Part shown: piece by piece, positions 1 through 9,651 of the stretch | Numbering within the stretch: position 1 is the first letter of the stretch | How the letters are laid out: every line of letters starts with the position of its first letter | Origin: a virus | Virus record (IMG/VR): IMGVR_UViG_3300008119_000006 | Reading direction: 5' to 3' (one strand) | Length of the DNA: 64,000 bases | Notes under the pieces: model-generated | What the model was told of the DNA's origin: nothing | The model's database searches: none | The model's input: only the letters and a program-made list of their open reading frames with translations | Program-made: the position numbers and the translations under genes

Positions 1-102
1 CAATATCCTGGTACTGCACCGGGTGCTACTGTATCAAATCCGCCAGCTGCACCAGGATATACTGTGTTACGATGGACAACACCAGGAAGTTATACAGTTT
101 AA
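1..102 (+). CDS. 3' end of an upstream gene, probably a virion/fibre-associated protein (partial)
   Basis: Open frame from base 1 (QYPGTAPGATVSNPPAAPGYTVLRWTTPGSYTV*), TAA at 100-102, convergent with the next gene. Confidence 0.55.
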   Translation, partial: QYPGTAPGATVSNPPAAPGYTVLRWTTPGSYTV

Positions 103-103
103 A

Positions 104-922
104 TTATTTGAATCTTGGTCCTTGAATCCAAGCAACTAAACTATAACGCTTACCTTTAGTTACTGGTGTTACTTCATGTAACATCCAAGATGGGAAGAAT
201 GTGGCTGTGCCAAGATTACGGAAGCCAATGTCTGGATTGTCTTTATAATGTAATAACAAATCACCACCTTCATAATCTTTATCATCGGACAATTGAATAG
301 TAACACTTAATTTTCTTGTACCTGTTCCTTTATACATCATATCAATATGTTTACCATAAAAGCCTTTTTCTTTAGCATCATAAGAAGTAAATTGTAAGCT
401 CTGAATATCAGTTAATTCATAATTGAAAAATTGGTCATTAATATTGGTAATGTTGGCGGCCAATCTTTCAAAAATCCAACGATTGTCTGCAACATCAGAA
501 CGAATCCAAGAAATAGGACTACGGCGAACTTCAGCAACTTTTTTCAAATCATCTGTTGTGCCAGCCATATCACCAACAATTCCATAAGTTAAAGGTGAAG
601 CATCTTTACCAGAGGTACCAATCTCAATGATTTTTTTACATTCTTCTGGTGTAAAAATATTATGTGCGTAAGCCCAATTCTCATTTGTCGTAACATCTAA
701 CCACCAGTTGAATGAAGAGGCATAATCAGCAGTTGGTTTTGGAAGTCTTTTTGGATCCAATTTAGGAGTATCATCTCCAATAATAATTGTTTGTCCTGTT
801 TTTTTGGATTTTGCTCGAGCTTTAGTTGCTGGCGATTCAACAATTTTTAGTGCCGGTTTTTTGGCGACAGGTTTTTTAACCGGAGTAATTTTTGCTGGTT
901 TTTTCATAGTCTTTTCAGTCAT
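104..922 (-). CDS. 2OG-Fe(II) oxygenase (prolyl-4-hydroxylase-like)
   Basis: HxD (KHIDM), RKLSVTIQLS, YEGGDL, distal His (LHEVTPV) and 2OG-binding Arg (GKRYSLV); K/P/A-rich N-terminal extension. Confidence 0.9.
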   Translation of the reverse strand: MTEKTMKKPAKITPVKKPVAKKPALKIVESPATKARAKSKKTGQTIIIGDDTPKLDPKRLPKPTADYASSFNWWLDVTTNENWAYAHNIFTPEECKKIIEIGTSGKDASPLTYGIVGDMAGTTDDLKKVAEVRRSPISWIRSDVADNRWIFERLAANITNINDQFFNYELTDIQSLQFTSYDAKEKGFYGKHIDMMYKGTGTRKLSVTIQLSDDKDYEGGDLLLHYKDNPDIGFRNLGTATFFPSWMLHEVTPVTKGKRYSLVAWIQGPRFK

Positions 923-1485
923 TTTTTAATTCCTAATATGGGTCGTTTATCAAATTTAAAATCTTTGTAAATGCCATTGGCATCCACATAATGCAAAAAC
1001 AATTGAATCTGTTGGTTACCTTCATAAGGTTCCCGCCAATGTTCTATCTCACAGCCTTTATATATTGCCATGTCACCGGCGTTAAGTAGAATTTTTTTAC
1101 CACCCATGAAGATTGGCCATGGTTTGGATTTTTCGTCAATATCAATACAAAGTGTGGTACTGTATTGGCAACTTGGTCGGTCTTTATGTTTGGCTAGTGT
1201 AGAACCTTTCCAATAGATTCTACCATAGGTATATGTTGGATAAAGTTCTAGACCGGTCTCTTGTTCCATGAGGGGTAACAAAGAAACGGCAAGTGAATCA
1301 CAGATAACTTGACCGTAGAATGGATAACCGATTGGACTTTGCTCGTCACCAAAATTGGTTTTGTTATCCATAGATACACCTTTATCATAGTGTTCAACCG
1401 TTCGGGTCATCAATATGGTGTTTTTGAGTAAGTCCAAGGTGTCAGGACTCAATACATTACGAACTACTTTATAATCTTGTTTCAT
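919..1485 (-). CDS. 2OG-Fe(II) oxygenase-like protein
   Basis: YGRIY...LAKHKDRPSC (HxD), GDMAIYKG..EHWRE, QLFLHYV; typical T4-like phage oxygenase family. Confidence 0.8.
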   Translation of the reverse strand: MKQDYKVVRNVLSPDTLDLLKNTILMTRTVEHYDKGVSMDNKTNFGDEQSPIGYPFYGQVICDSLAVSLLPLMEQETGLELYPTYTYGRIYWKGSTLAKHKDRPSCQYSTTLCIDIDEKSKPWPIFMGGKKILLNAGDMAIYKGCEIEHWREPYEGNQQIQLFLHYVDANGIYKDFKFDKRPILGIKK

Positions 1486-1512
1486 AGTATTTTCAGTTAA
1501 AAAATAAGGTTA

Positions 1513-1541
1513 ATTTTACAATAATTATTGGTGTATGTCAA
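1513..1541 (-). promoter_or_regulatory. sigma70-type promoter for the oxygenase pair
   Basis: Minus strand TTGACA-17 nt-TAAAAT just upstream of the ATG at 1485. Confidence 0.75.
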
Positions 1542-1575
1542 GCCACACATATGTATATATCTTGGATTGGTGGCA

Positions 1576-1583
1576 GATAAATA
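1576..1583 (+). promoter_or_regulatory. T4-type late promoter (GATAAATA)
   Basis: Matches TATAAATA late consensus; followed by AGGAG and gp13 start. Confidence 0.7.
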
Positions 1584-1604
1584 CCTACATTATAGGAGTT
1601 TTCA

Positions 1605-2603
1605 ATGGCCACAATTACTAATAGAGCTGACTTTACAACCTATTGTAAGCGTAGACTAGGCTTTCCTGTCATCGATATTAACGTGGATGATGACCAGGTG
1701 AATGACCGTGTCGATGACGCTTTACAATACTGGCAAGATTACCATTTTGATGGACTACAAAAAGTCTATTATATCAGAATGTTGACCGGTTCAATTTTAA
1801 CCACATCCGCTAATGTAAATACATGGATTAATTCCACTCGTCAAATTGTAGGTAACACATCTGGTGCGACTGCTACCGTTACAGCCACACAAAACAATTC
1901 TATTATCAATGTTAGTTGTGGACAAAAATCATTTATTGTTGGTGAAAAATTAAATTATTATGAAGCAAATGGTAATTTTCAGACCACTAATGTTACCGTT
2001 TCTGCTTTTCAATGGGGTGATATTGATAAAAGGTTTTTAGATTTAAGTGATGTTCGAGATGCGCAAGATAACTCGTTGGAGATTGTTGGTATTTCTCGTA
2101 TATTTCCAATTTCGGATTCTCAGGCAACTATCAATATGTTCGACCTTAGATATCAATTACGCTTAAACGAACTCTACGATTTCACCTCCGCATCGTACAT
2201 CAATTATACCTTAACTCAACAGCACTTACGCTCTCTAGAAATTATGTTTACTGGAGAAGTTCCTATTCGTTACCAAAGACATATGCAAAGGTTGTATATT
2301 GATTGGAATTGGGGTAACCAAGAAGCGCCAGCGGGTACAATTGTTGTTGCCGAATGTTATGCGGCAATTAATCCTGAGGTGTATAATATGATATGGAATG
2401 ACCGTTGGTTAAAAGAATATGCAACGGCATTAATTAAAAGAACTTGGGGAAATAACCTTAAAAAGTTTAACGGACTTCAATTACCAGGTGGCGTGACTTT
2501 AAATGGTGACCAAATTTTTCAAGAAGCCTCCGCTGAAATCGAAAGACTTGAAAAGGAAATGGAGAATAATTACGGTGCGCCGTTGGAATTCTTCTTAAAC
2601 TAA
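1605..2603 (+). CDS. gp13: neck protein gp13
   Basis: YCKRRLGFPVIDINVDDDQ, YHFDG, WLKEYATALIKRTWGNNLKKF..QLPGGVTLNG; synteny. Confidence 0.95.
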   Translation: MATITNRADFTTYCKRRLGFPVIDINVDDDQVNDRVDDALQYWQDYHFDGLQKVYYIRMLTGSILTTSANVNTWINSTRQIVGNTSGATATVTATQNNSIINVSCGQKSFIVGEKLNYYEANGNFQTTNVTVSAFQWGDIDKRFLDLSDVRDAQDNSLEIVGISRIFPISDSQATINMFDLRYQLRLNELYDFTSASYINYTLTQQHLRSLEIMFTGEVPIRYQRHMQRLYIDWNWGNQEAPAGTIVVAECYAAINPEVYNMIWNDRWLKEYATALIKRTWGNNLKKFNGLQLPGGVTLNGDQIFQEASAEIERLEKEMENNYGAPLEFFLN

Positions 2604-2604
2604 T

Positions 2605-3486
2605 ATGGCCGTATCTCAATACTTTAATAATTACGGTGCACTCAATGAACAAAGGGTCATTGAAGATTTAATTATCGAATCCATTAAGATAATGGGATTT
2701 GATGCCTATTATTTACCAAATGATAATGATGGTGCTAGAGATTTATTATATGGTGAAGATCCATTGCGTATGTTTACTTCAGCATTTCCTCTGGAGTTTT
2801 ATCTTTCGGATCATTTGGATTACCAAGGCCAACAAGAGATTTTTTCTAAATTTGGTTTGGAAATTAAAGATGTTGTAAATGTTATTTGTTCAAAAAATTC
2901 TTTTGCACAAAGGGTGCCACAAAATACATTCACACGGCCAAGAGAAGGTGATTTAATTTATGTACCTTTCTTAAACGGTACTGGTGAATTATATGAAATA
3001 ACATTTACTGAACAAGCAAAAGATTTTCATATGCTTGGTAGAAGGCAACCATATTTCTATGAGCTCAGAATGGAGAAATTCAAGTACTCACAAGAAGTTA
3101 TTGCAAGTGGCGTGGCAGACATTGATGATGTTGTATATGAATCGGCTTATCAACTTCATTTAAACCTTGGCACCGTAACAGGATTATATGCAATCAACGA
3201 AATTGTATTCCAGTCACCCGATTCAACTTATGCAAACGCTACTAGCCTTGGTACTGTTCAAACCTGGATTCCTTCTTCCAATACTTTGTCTATATCCAAC
3301 ATTGCCGGTGAATTTATTAATGGTCAGTCAATTATTGGCCAAACAAGCGGAGCTTTTGGACCTTTAATTCAGTTTGATCCATTAAAAGATCCATCATATA
3401 GAGAAGTTTATGATAATGAATATATTGCTAATTCAGCCATATCTGTAATTGATTTCTCTGAAACAAATCCTTTTGGTAACATTTAA
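2605..3486 (+). CDS. gp14: neck protein gp14
   Basis: EQRVIEDLIIESIKIMG, SKFGLEIKD, RPREGDLIY, C-terminal DFSETNPFG. Confidence 0.95.
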   Translation: MAVSQYFNNYGALNEQRVIEDLIIESIKIMGFDAYYLPNDNDGARDLLYGEDPLRMFTSAFPLEFYLSDHLDYQGQQEIFSKFGLEIKDVVNVICSKNSFAQRVPQNTFTRPREGDLIYVPFLNGTGELYEITFTEQAKDFHMLGRRQPYFYELRMEKFKYSQEVIASGVADIDDVVYESAYQLHLNLGTVTGLYAINEIVFQSPDSTYANATSLGTVQTWIPSSNTLSISNIAGEFINGQSIIGQTSGAFGPLIQFDPLKDPSYREVYDNEYIANSAISVIDFSETNPFGNI

Positions 3487-4577
3487 TGGCAAATACATCA
3501 TATAATCGAATCATTCGTAAACTTGTAGTAGGTTTTGGTAATCTATTTAAAGATATTACTTTGGTTCGTTATAACGGAGATAATTCTGAGGCAGAAAGAT
3601 TTATTGTGCCTATTGCTTATGCAGCAAAAGAAATGTATGTACAAAGACTTGAAAGTGATCCAAATTTAGATAAAAAAGTTTCAACAACTTTACCTCGTAT
3701 GTCATTCGAAATGAATGGACTTCAATATGATGCCACAAGAAAACAAAATACTAATATTAAAAATGCTGCGGTCACTAGTGGCGGTATAGTAAAATCACAA
3801 TACAATCCTGTACCATATAATTTTGATTTTAGTTTATATCTTTATGTTCGTAACATTGAAGATGGTACTCAAATTATTGAACACATTCTTCCTTATTTCA
3901 CGCCAGACTACACCATTAAATTAAATTTAGTTCCTGAGATGGGTATCATTAAAGAAATACCAGTTATTTTAAATACTACAAGTTCTGAAGTGATATATCA
4001 AGGTGATAGATTTTCTGAAACAAGAATGGTTATTTGGACATTAAACTTTACTGTCAAAGGTTTTGTTTATGGTCAAACATCGGCAGCAAAACAAATTTAT
4101 GCTTCGATTACAAATTTCTTACCAATGATAACGCCAACCGATACGATTGATTTTAATGCAACAACAGGTCTAGGTCAATATCAACAAGGTGAAAATGTGT
4201 ATCAAGGTTATTCTTTAGGCACTTCAACAGCAACGGCTAGAGTATCTCTTTGGGATGGCGTAGGTAAAATATTAAAATTAACAAACATTAACGGCAATTT
4301 TGTTTCATCATTACCTATTATTGGTACTGTTACTAATGCCAACTATATGTTTTCATCTTATCAAACTAAGGCTAATGTACAAGCACAAATTATTATTGTG
4401 CCGAACCCAACAGATGCTAACGCCAATTCATTATATACATATACCACCGTAATTAATGAAACTCCAAATATACAATCCATCATTACTACATCAACAACAT
4501 TTGCTGGTGATTTAATGACTGAAGTTGGTGTAGATGATTTATTAACTCAAACAGAAAACAAAACAGACTTTAACTAA
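3486..4577 (+). CDS. gp15: tail sheath stabilizer/terminator gp15
   Basis: IRKLVVGFGNLF, VPIAYA, LPRMSFEM, PVPYNFDF, QIIEHILPYFTP. Confidence 0.93.
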   Translation: MANTSYNRIIRKLVVGFGNLFKDITLVRYNGDNSEAERFIVPIAYAAKEMYVQRLESDPNLDKKVSTTLPRMSFEMNGLQYDATRKQNTNIKNAAVTSGGIVKSQYNPVPYNFDFSLYLYVRNIEDGTQIIEHILPYFTPDYTIKLNLVPEMGIIKEIPVILNTTSSEVIYQGDRFSETRMVIWTLNFTVKGFVYGQTSAAKQIYASITNFLPMITPTDTIDFNATTGLGQYQQGENVYQGYSLGTSTATARVSLWDGVGKILKLTNINGNFVSSLPIIGTVTNANYMFSSYQTKANVQAQIIIVPNPTDANANSLYTYTTVINETPNIQSIITTSTTFAGDLMTEVGVDDLLTQTENKTDFN

Positions 4578-4586
4578 AGGCTTAAA

Positions 4587-5126
4587 ATGTCCAGAACATT
4601 ACAATTTAAACGATATTCAAATACAGCACTTTTAAGTGTTACTGGTGCAGTGGGAGAACTTATTGTTGATACCACCAACGACACCGTTACTGTACACGAT
4701 GGCACAACTGCAGGCGGTACAAGACTTGCCACAGAAGCATTTGCTAGAACCACTCCATTTTCTCAAGCGGCTTTTAATAAAGCTAATTCGGCCAATTCTT
4801 TAGCACAAGCGGCATTTAATTATGCTAACACGATTGTTTCAGATTCACAAATTGACAACGTAGCCAGAATTGTGGCTAATAGTACTGCTATTGTTGCTAA
4901 TATTGTGGCGGCTGGCCTTGTATCAACCAACACAAATACGGCAATTGCTTTAGCTGGAGTTACAGCGGCTAATGCCAACATATTATTCTTAACTGGATTT
5001 AGCCAAGGTGCTTACGATAAAGCTAATACTGCTAATGCTAATGCAATTACAGTATCACAGTTAAAATCTATAACAGCAAATGCTGCAACATATGCTGCGT
5101 TTCAATCTGCAATTGCAGCATTATAA
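4587..5126 (+). CDS. short fibre-like virion protein with Mtd N-terminal-like domain
   Basis: LQFKR...TGAVGELIVDTTNDTVTVHDGTTAGG followed by QAAFNxAN helical repeats. Confidence 0.65.
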   Translation: MSRTLQFKRYSNTALLSVTGAVGELIVDTTNDTVTVHDGTTAGGTRLATEAFARTTPFSQAAFNKANSANSLAQAAFNYANTIVSDSQIDNVARIVANSTAIVANIVAAGLVSTNTNTAIALAGVTAANANILFLTGFSQGAYDKANTANANAITVSQLKSITANAATYAAFQSAIAAL

Positions 5127-5153
5127 TTATTAGTATCAAACCTATATAACAAT

Positions 5154-5576
5154 ATGAACGAATTGAATAAAAACTTATCTGATATATTTGATGTAACACC
5201 TATTGAAGAAGTTAAGAAAGAAAAACTTCCAACGGTGTCTGCCAAATATAATAAACCTGATATTGAATCCGATTTAGCGGATGCTTACCAACAATCACGG
5301 GAAAATCTTCAAGGTATTATTGACCAAGGCCAGGAAGCCATGCATGAGATTTTGGAGATTGCCAAAGCAGGCCAACACCCTCGAGCATTTGAAGTCTACG
5401 GAGGCATACTTAAAAATATGGTAGATGCCAACAAAGAATTGTTATCAATTCAAAAACAAATGCGTGAGATGGACAACACCAAAAAAGAAACTAATAATAC
5501 CACAATTGACAAAGCCATTTTTGTCGGTTCAACTGCTGACTTAGGCAAGTTACTCAAAGACAATGGGCACAAGTAA
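5154..5576 (+). CDS. gp16: terminase small subunit
   Basis: DAYQQSRENL, GQHPRAFEV, AIFVGSTADL; directly upstream of large terminase. Confidence 0.92.
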   Translation: MNELNKNLSDIFDVTPIEEVKKEKLPTVSAKYNKPDIESDLADAYQQSRENLQGIIDQGQEAMHEILEIAKAGQHPRAFEVYGGILKNMVDANKELLSIQKQMREMDNTKKETNNTTIDKAIFVGSTADLGKLLKDNGHK

Positions 5577-7221
5577 AGAGTCGTATCGTGACAACCCCCT
5601 ACTGAAACGGGTAGGTGTCAAAGTAGAATACACAAAAGAGCAGTTTGATGAGTATGTCAAATGCGCTCAAGATCCTATTTACTTTACCAAGTACATGAAT
5701 ATTATTACACTAGATGAAGGTCTAGTGCCTTTTAATATGTACGATTTTCAGAAAGATATGATTAGTACCTTTCACGATAATCGTTTTAGTATTGTTAAAT
5801 GTCCTCGTCAGGTTGGTAAAACTACTACTGCTGTTGCCTATTTACTTTGGACAGTTCTGTTTAAAGATTCTCAATCGATTGCTGTTCTTGCCAACCGTGG
5901 TGAAACTGCTCGAGCCATTCTTGGTAAACTTCAGTTGGCATATGAGAATCTGCCAATTTGGATGCAACAAGGTGTTGTGGAGTGGAACAAAGGTCGTATT
6001 GAATTAGAAAACGGTTCTGTAATTATTGCTTCTTCAACATCAGGTTCAGCAGCTCGTTCTGGTTCGTTTAACATTGTATTCTTAGACGAGTTTGCTTTCG
6101 TACCATCCAATATTGCCTACGACTTTATTACCTCAGTTTATCCAGTTATTACTGCTGGTACTAAAACAAAGATTATTATTGTATCTACACCAAATGGTAT
6201 GAATCTGTTCTACAAACTTTGGACAGATGCAGTCAACAATAAAAACAATTATGTTCCATTTGAAATTCATTGGTCTATGGTACCAGGTCGTGATGAAAAC
6301 TGGAAAGAAGAAACTATTAAAAATACTTCTGAACATCAGTTCCGTCAGGAGTTTGAAACCGAGTTTTTAGGTTCTTCCAATACTTTAATCTCGGCACAAA
6401 AATTACAACAGTTAGTCTACCAAGAAGCAATTGCAGAACACGATAAGGTTAAAATTTATAAACCTCCGGTTAAAGACGATAAACCCCACATTTACGGTAT
6501 GTTTGTAGATGTTTCAGAAGGTAAAGGATTAGATTCATCAACCTTCTCAATAATTGATATGACAACCATGCCGTATGAACAGGTTGCCACATACAAGAGT
6601 TCTTCTATTTCGACCTTGTTATTTCCAACCGTAATTTATAATGCGGCTAGAATGTATAATGATGCTTATGTTTTGGTTGAAATTAACAACACTCCACAGA
6701 TTGCTGATATTCTCCATCAAGACTTAGAGTATGAAAATCTATTTAAAGTATTTACAGGTAACAAAAAACCACAACAATTATCGGCTGGTTTTGCCAGAGG
6801 TATTCAGTTGGGTTTAAAGATGTCTACTCAGGTTAAACGAATTGGTTGTTCTAACCTAAAGACATTAGTTGAAGGTAATAAATTAGTTATTAACGATTTT
6901 GATACCATTTCAGAATTGACTACTTTTGTGGCAAGCAAGACTTCTTTTGCAGCCGAGAGTGACGCCAATGATGATATGGTTATGGGACTGGTCACTTTTG
7001 CTTGGGCAACCACACAAGTTCTTTTTAGAGAGATTGTTGCTCATGATGTTCGTAAGCAACTTCAACTTGAAAATATGAACCAGTATGACGAAGAAACTCT
7101 ACCTGCACCGGTTATTGAGAACGGATTAGAAAATGAATTTATATTGGAAGGTGGAGATGTATGGGAAAAAGCGGATTCAGGAGAAACGTATGCTGGTTTT
7201 TTTAAAGAAATGAGTAGGTAA
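5563..7221 (+). CDS. gp17: terminase large subunit
   Basis: Walker A PRQVGKTT, Walker B FLDEFAF, STPNG, nuclease DVSEG and DDMVM. Confidence 0.98.
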   Translation: MGTSKESYRDNPLLKRVGVKVEYTKEQFDEYVKCAQDPIYFTKYMNIITLDEGLVPFNMYDFQKDMISTFHDNRFSIVKCPRQVGKTTTAVAYLLWTVLFKDSQSIAVLANRGETARAILGKLQLAYENLPIWMQQGVVEWNKGRIELENGSVIIASSTSGSAARSGSFNIVFLDEFAFVPSNIAYDFITSVYPVITAGTKTKIIIVSTPNGMNLFYKLWTDAVNNKNNYVPFEIHWSMVPGRDENWKEETIKNTSEHQFRQEFETEFLGSSNTLISAQKLQQLVYQEAIAEHDKVKIYKPPVKDDKPHIYGMFVDVSEGKGLDSSTFSIIDMTTMPYEQVATYKSSSISTLLFPTVIYNAARMYNDAYVLVEINNTPQIADILHQDLEYENLFKVFTGNKKPQQLSAGFARGIQLGLKMSTQVKRIGCSNLKTLVEGNKLVINDFDTISELTTFVASKTSFAAESDANDDMVMGLVTFAWATTQVLFREIVAHDVRKQLQLENMNQYDEETLPAPVIENGLENEFILEGGDVWEKADSGETYAGFFKEMSR

Positions 7222-7239
7222 TCTCTAAATACGGCCTAT

Positions 7240-7247
7240 CATAAATA
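7240..7247 (+). promoter_or_regulatory. T4-type late promoter (CATAAATA)
   Basis: nATAAATA upstream of AAGGAG and gp18. Confidence 0.7.
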
Positions 7248-7297
7248 TCATTATAGTATCGTAAGTGCCAATAAATCATATATCAAGGAGATAATAA

Positions 7298-9019
7298 ATG
7301 GCAATCCAAATCTCTCCAGGCGTATCCGTATCTGAAGTCGACCAAACCACGGTTGTTCCTTCAATACTAACTACTGCCGGTGCATTCGCTGGAAACTTTG
7401 CATGGGGTCCAGCAAACCAAATTGTTACAGTTACCGATGAGGTTGATTTAGTCAATCGTTTTGGTAAACCAAATCCAAGCCCAACCACCAACACAACAAC
7501 TAGTTTTTTAACAGCCGCTTCTTTTTTAGCTTACGGTAATAATTTAAAAATTGTTCGTGCTATTAATGTTGGAGCTACTAATGCTACTGCAACTGGTTCA
7601 TATATTCAAATTAGTAATCCTGAAGTATATACCGATTTTGGTTTTAATTCAGACCAAGGAAACGTTTATGGCGCTTTCGCTGCAAGATTCATTGGTACTT
7701 ATGGTAATTCTTTAGCCGTTTCTGTTGTAGACGCCAATACATATTCAGCTAGTTGGAACGTCAATGGTTATGGTGTTGCTAGTTTCTTTAACGGTGCTCC
7801 AGGTACATCTGCACAAGCTGCGGCTTATGGTGCAGCCAATGATGAAATTCACGTTGCTGTTGTTGACATAGGTGGTGCATTTTCTGGCACAAAAGGTACA
7901 GTATTAGAAACATACCCATACCTATCAAAAGCTACAAATGTGACCGATTCTTTAGGAAATTCAAATTGGTACAAACAAGTAATTTATAACCAATCCAAAT
8001 ACATTTATGCAATGGATACTCCTGGTTATGCCACGACAAATTCTACTTGGAATAGACCAGCATCTAACAATTTTGTTTTTGCAACATTAGCTACCAGGTC
8101 AACTTCAATACTGTCTGGCGGTATTGACCAAGACCCAAGTACTGCAAACACAATTACAGCATTTTCAAAATTTCAAAGTCCAGATGATGTGGATATCTCA
8201 CTAGTAATTACTGGTGATGCAAGCAATACAGTACAACAATATGTTATCGATAGCATCGTTAATACTCGTAAAGACTGTGTAGCATTTATTTCACCGCCAT
8301 CTTCAGCTGTGATAAATCAAAGTGGTTCTGAAACAACCAATATTACTACTTGGTATAATGGTTTAAATCGTACAACATCTTATGCTGTTGCTGATACTGG
8401 TTGGAAGTATATGTTCAACAAGTACAGTAATACTTACCAGTATGTTCCGCTAAATGCTGATATTGCTGGTTTATGTGTATATACCGATTCAGTTACAGAT
8501 CCATGGTTCTCACCTGCTGGTTTAAATCGTGGCGCATTAAAGAATGTTGTTCGTTTGGCATGGAATCCAAAACAAACAGATAGAGATACATTGTATTCTT
8601 TAGGCATTAATTCTGTTGTTTCTTTACCAGGTCAAGGAACAGTTCTTTACGGAGATAAAACACTACAAGCCAAACCATCAGCGTTTGACCGTATTAATGT
8701 ACGCAGATTGTTTATTGTACTTGAAAAAGCAATTGCAACTGCCTCTAAGTACTCTTTGTTTGAATTCAATGATGATTTTACCAGAGCAGACTTTGTTGCC
8801 ATGGTAACTCCGTTCTTACGAGATGTTCAAGGTCGCCGTGGTATTACTGACTTCCGTGTTGTTTGTGACACTACAAATAATACCCCGCAAGTTATTGATT
8901 CTAATCAGTTTGTTGGTGACATTTACATCAAGCCTGCTCGTTCAATTAATTTCATCCAATTGAATTTCGTTGCTGTAAGAACTGGCGTCAACTTTACAAC
9001 AATCGTTGGTGCAGCTTAA
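7298..9019 (+). CDS. gp18: tail sheath protein
   Basis: SPGVSVSEVD, FAWGP, PWFSPAGLNRG, FDRINVRRLF, FEFND, KPARSINFIQLNF. Confidence 0.98.
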   Translation: MAIQISPGVSVSEVDQTTVVPSILTTAGAFAGNFAWGPANQIVTVTDEVDLVNRFGKPNPSPTTNTTTSFLTAASFLAYGNNLKIVRAINVGATNATATGSYIQISNPEVYTDFGFNSDQGNVYGAFAARFIGTYGNSLAVSVVDANTYSASWNVNGYGVASFFNGAPGTSAQAAAYGAANDEIHVAVVDIGGAFSGTKGTVLETYPYLSKATNVTDSLGNSNWYKQVIYNQSKYIYAMDTPGYATTNSTWNRPASNNFVFATLATRSTSILSGGIDQDPSTANTITAFSKFQSPDDVDISLVITGDASNTVQQYVIDSIVNTRKDCVAFISPPSSAVINQSGSETTNITTWYNGLNRTTSYAVADTGWKYMFNKYSNTYQYVPLNADIAGLCVYTDSVTDPWFSPAGLNRGALKNVVRLAWNPKQTDRDTLYSLGINSVVSLPGQGTVLYGDKTLQAKPSAFDRINVRRLFIVLEKAIATASKYSLFEFNDDFTRADFVAMVTPFLRDVQGRRGITDFRVVCDTTNNTPQVIDSNQFVGDIYIKPARSINFIQLNFVAVRTGVNFTTIVGAA

Positions 9020-9025
9020 TAAATA
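9018..9025 (+). promoter_or_regulatory. T4-type late promoter (AATAAATA)
   Basis: nATAAATA between gp18 and gp19, before AGGAG. Confidence 0.6.
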
Positions 9026-9045
9026 CTAACGAATAGGAGAAAAGA

Positions 9046-9591
9046 ATGGCATTCAACGTAACAGAATTTAGAGCGAATATGATTGGTGACGGTGCCCGTC
9101 CCAATCTATTTCAAGTAACTCTATCCTTCCCAACAGTTGCACAAAACGGTACAGCAGCTGCACAGAAAACAACATTTATGGCCAAATCGGCACAGTTACC
9201 TGGTTCTACCGTAGGTACTGTACCTTTGTATTATTTTGGTCGTGAACTCAAGTTTGCTGGCAATCGTACCTTTACTGATTGGACATTACAAATCATTAAC
9301 GATGAAGATTTCACAATTCGTAACGCACTTGAGTCCTGGATGAACGCAATAAATAGTCATGCAGGCAATGTGCGTAATCCAGGAGCTGGTGGTCCAGCAG
9401 GTTATACTGTTGATGCAAAAGTTGACCAATACGGTAAGACTGGTAATATTGTTAAGTCTTACAACTTTGTTGGTTTGTTCCCACTAGATTTGGCACCAAT
9501 TGATTTAGATTGGGGTTCAAACGATACCATTGAAGAATACTCGGCAACGTTTGCCTATCAATGGTGGGAATCGGCACCATCAACTACTTAA
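9046..9591 (+). CDS. gp19: tail tube protein
   Basis: GARPNLF, AQLPGST, FGRELKFAGNRTF, IEEYSATFAYQWW. Confidence 0.97.
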   Translation: MAFNVTEFRANMIGDGARPNLFQVTLSFPTVAQNGTAAAQKTTFMAKSAQLPGSTVGTVPLYYFGRELKFAGNRTFTDWTLQIINDEDFTIRNALESWMNAINSHAGNVRNPGAGGPAGYTVDAKVDQYGKTGNIVKSYNFVGLFPLDLAPIDLDWGSNDTIEEYSATFAYQWWESAPSTT

Positions 9592-9600
9592 TTATTTTAC

Positions 9601-9633
9601 GGAGAGGCTTAGTCCTCTCCATCATGTTTTTTT
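9601..9633 (+). terminator. stem-loop, probable terminator or processing hairpin after gp19
   Basis: GGAGAGG-CTTAGT-CCTCTCC with a T run shortly downstream. Confidence 0.55.
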
Positions 9634-9651
9634 GAATTGGATTAGAACAAT

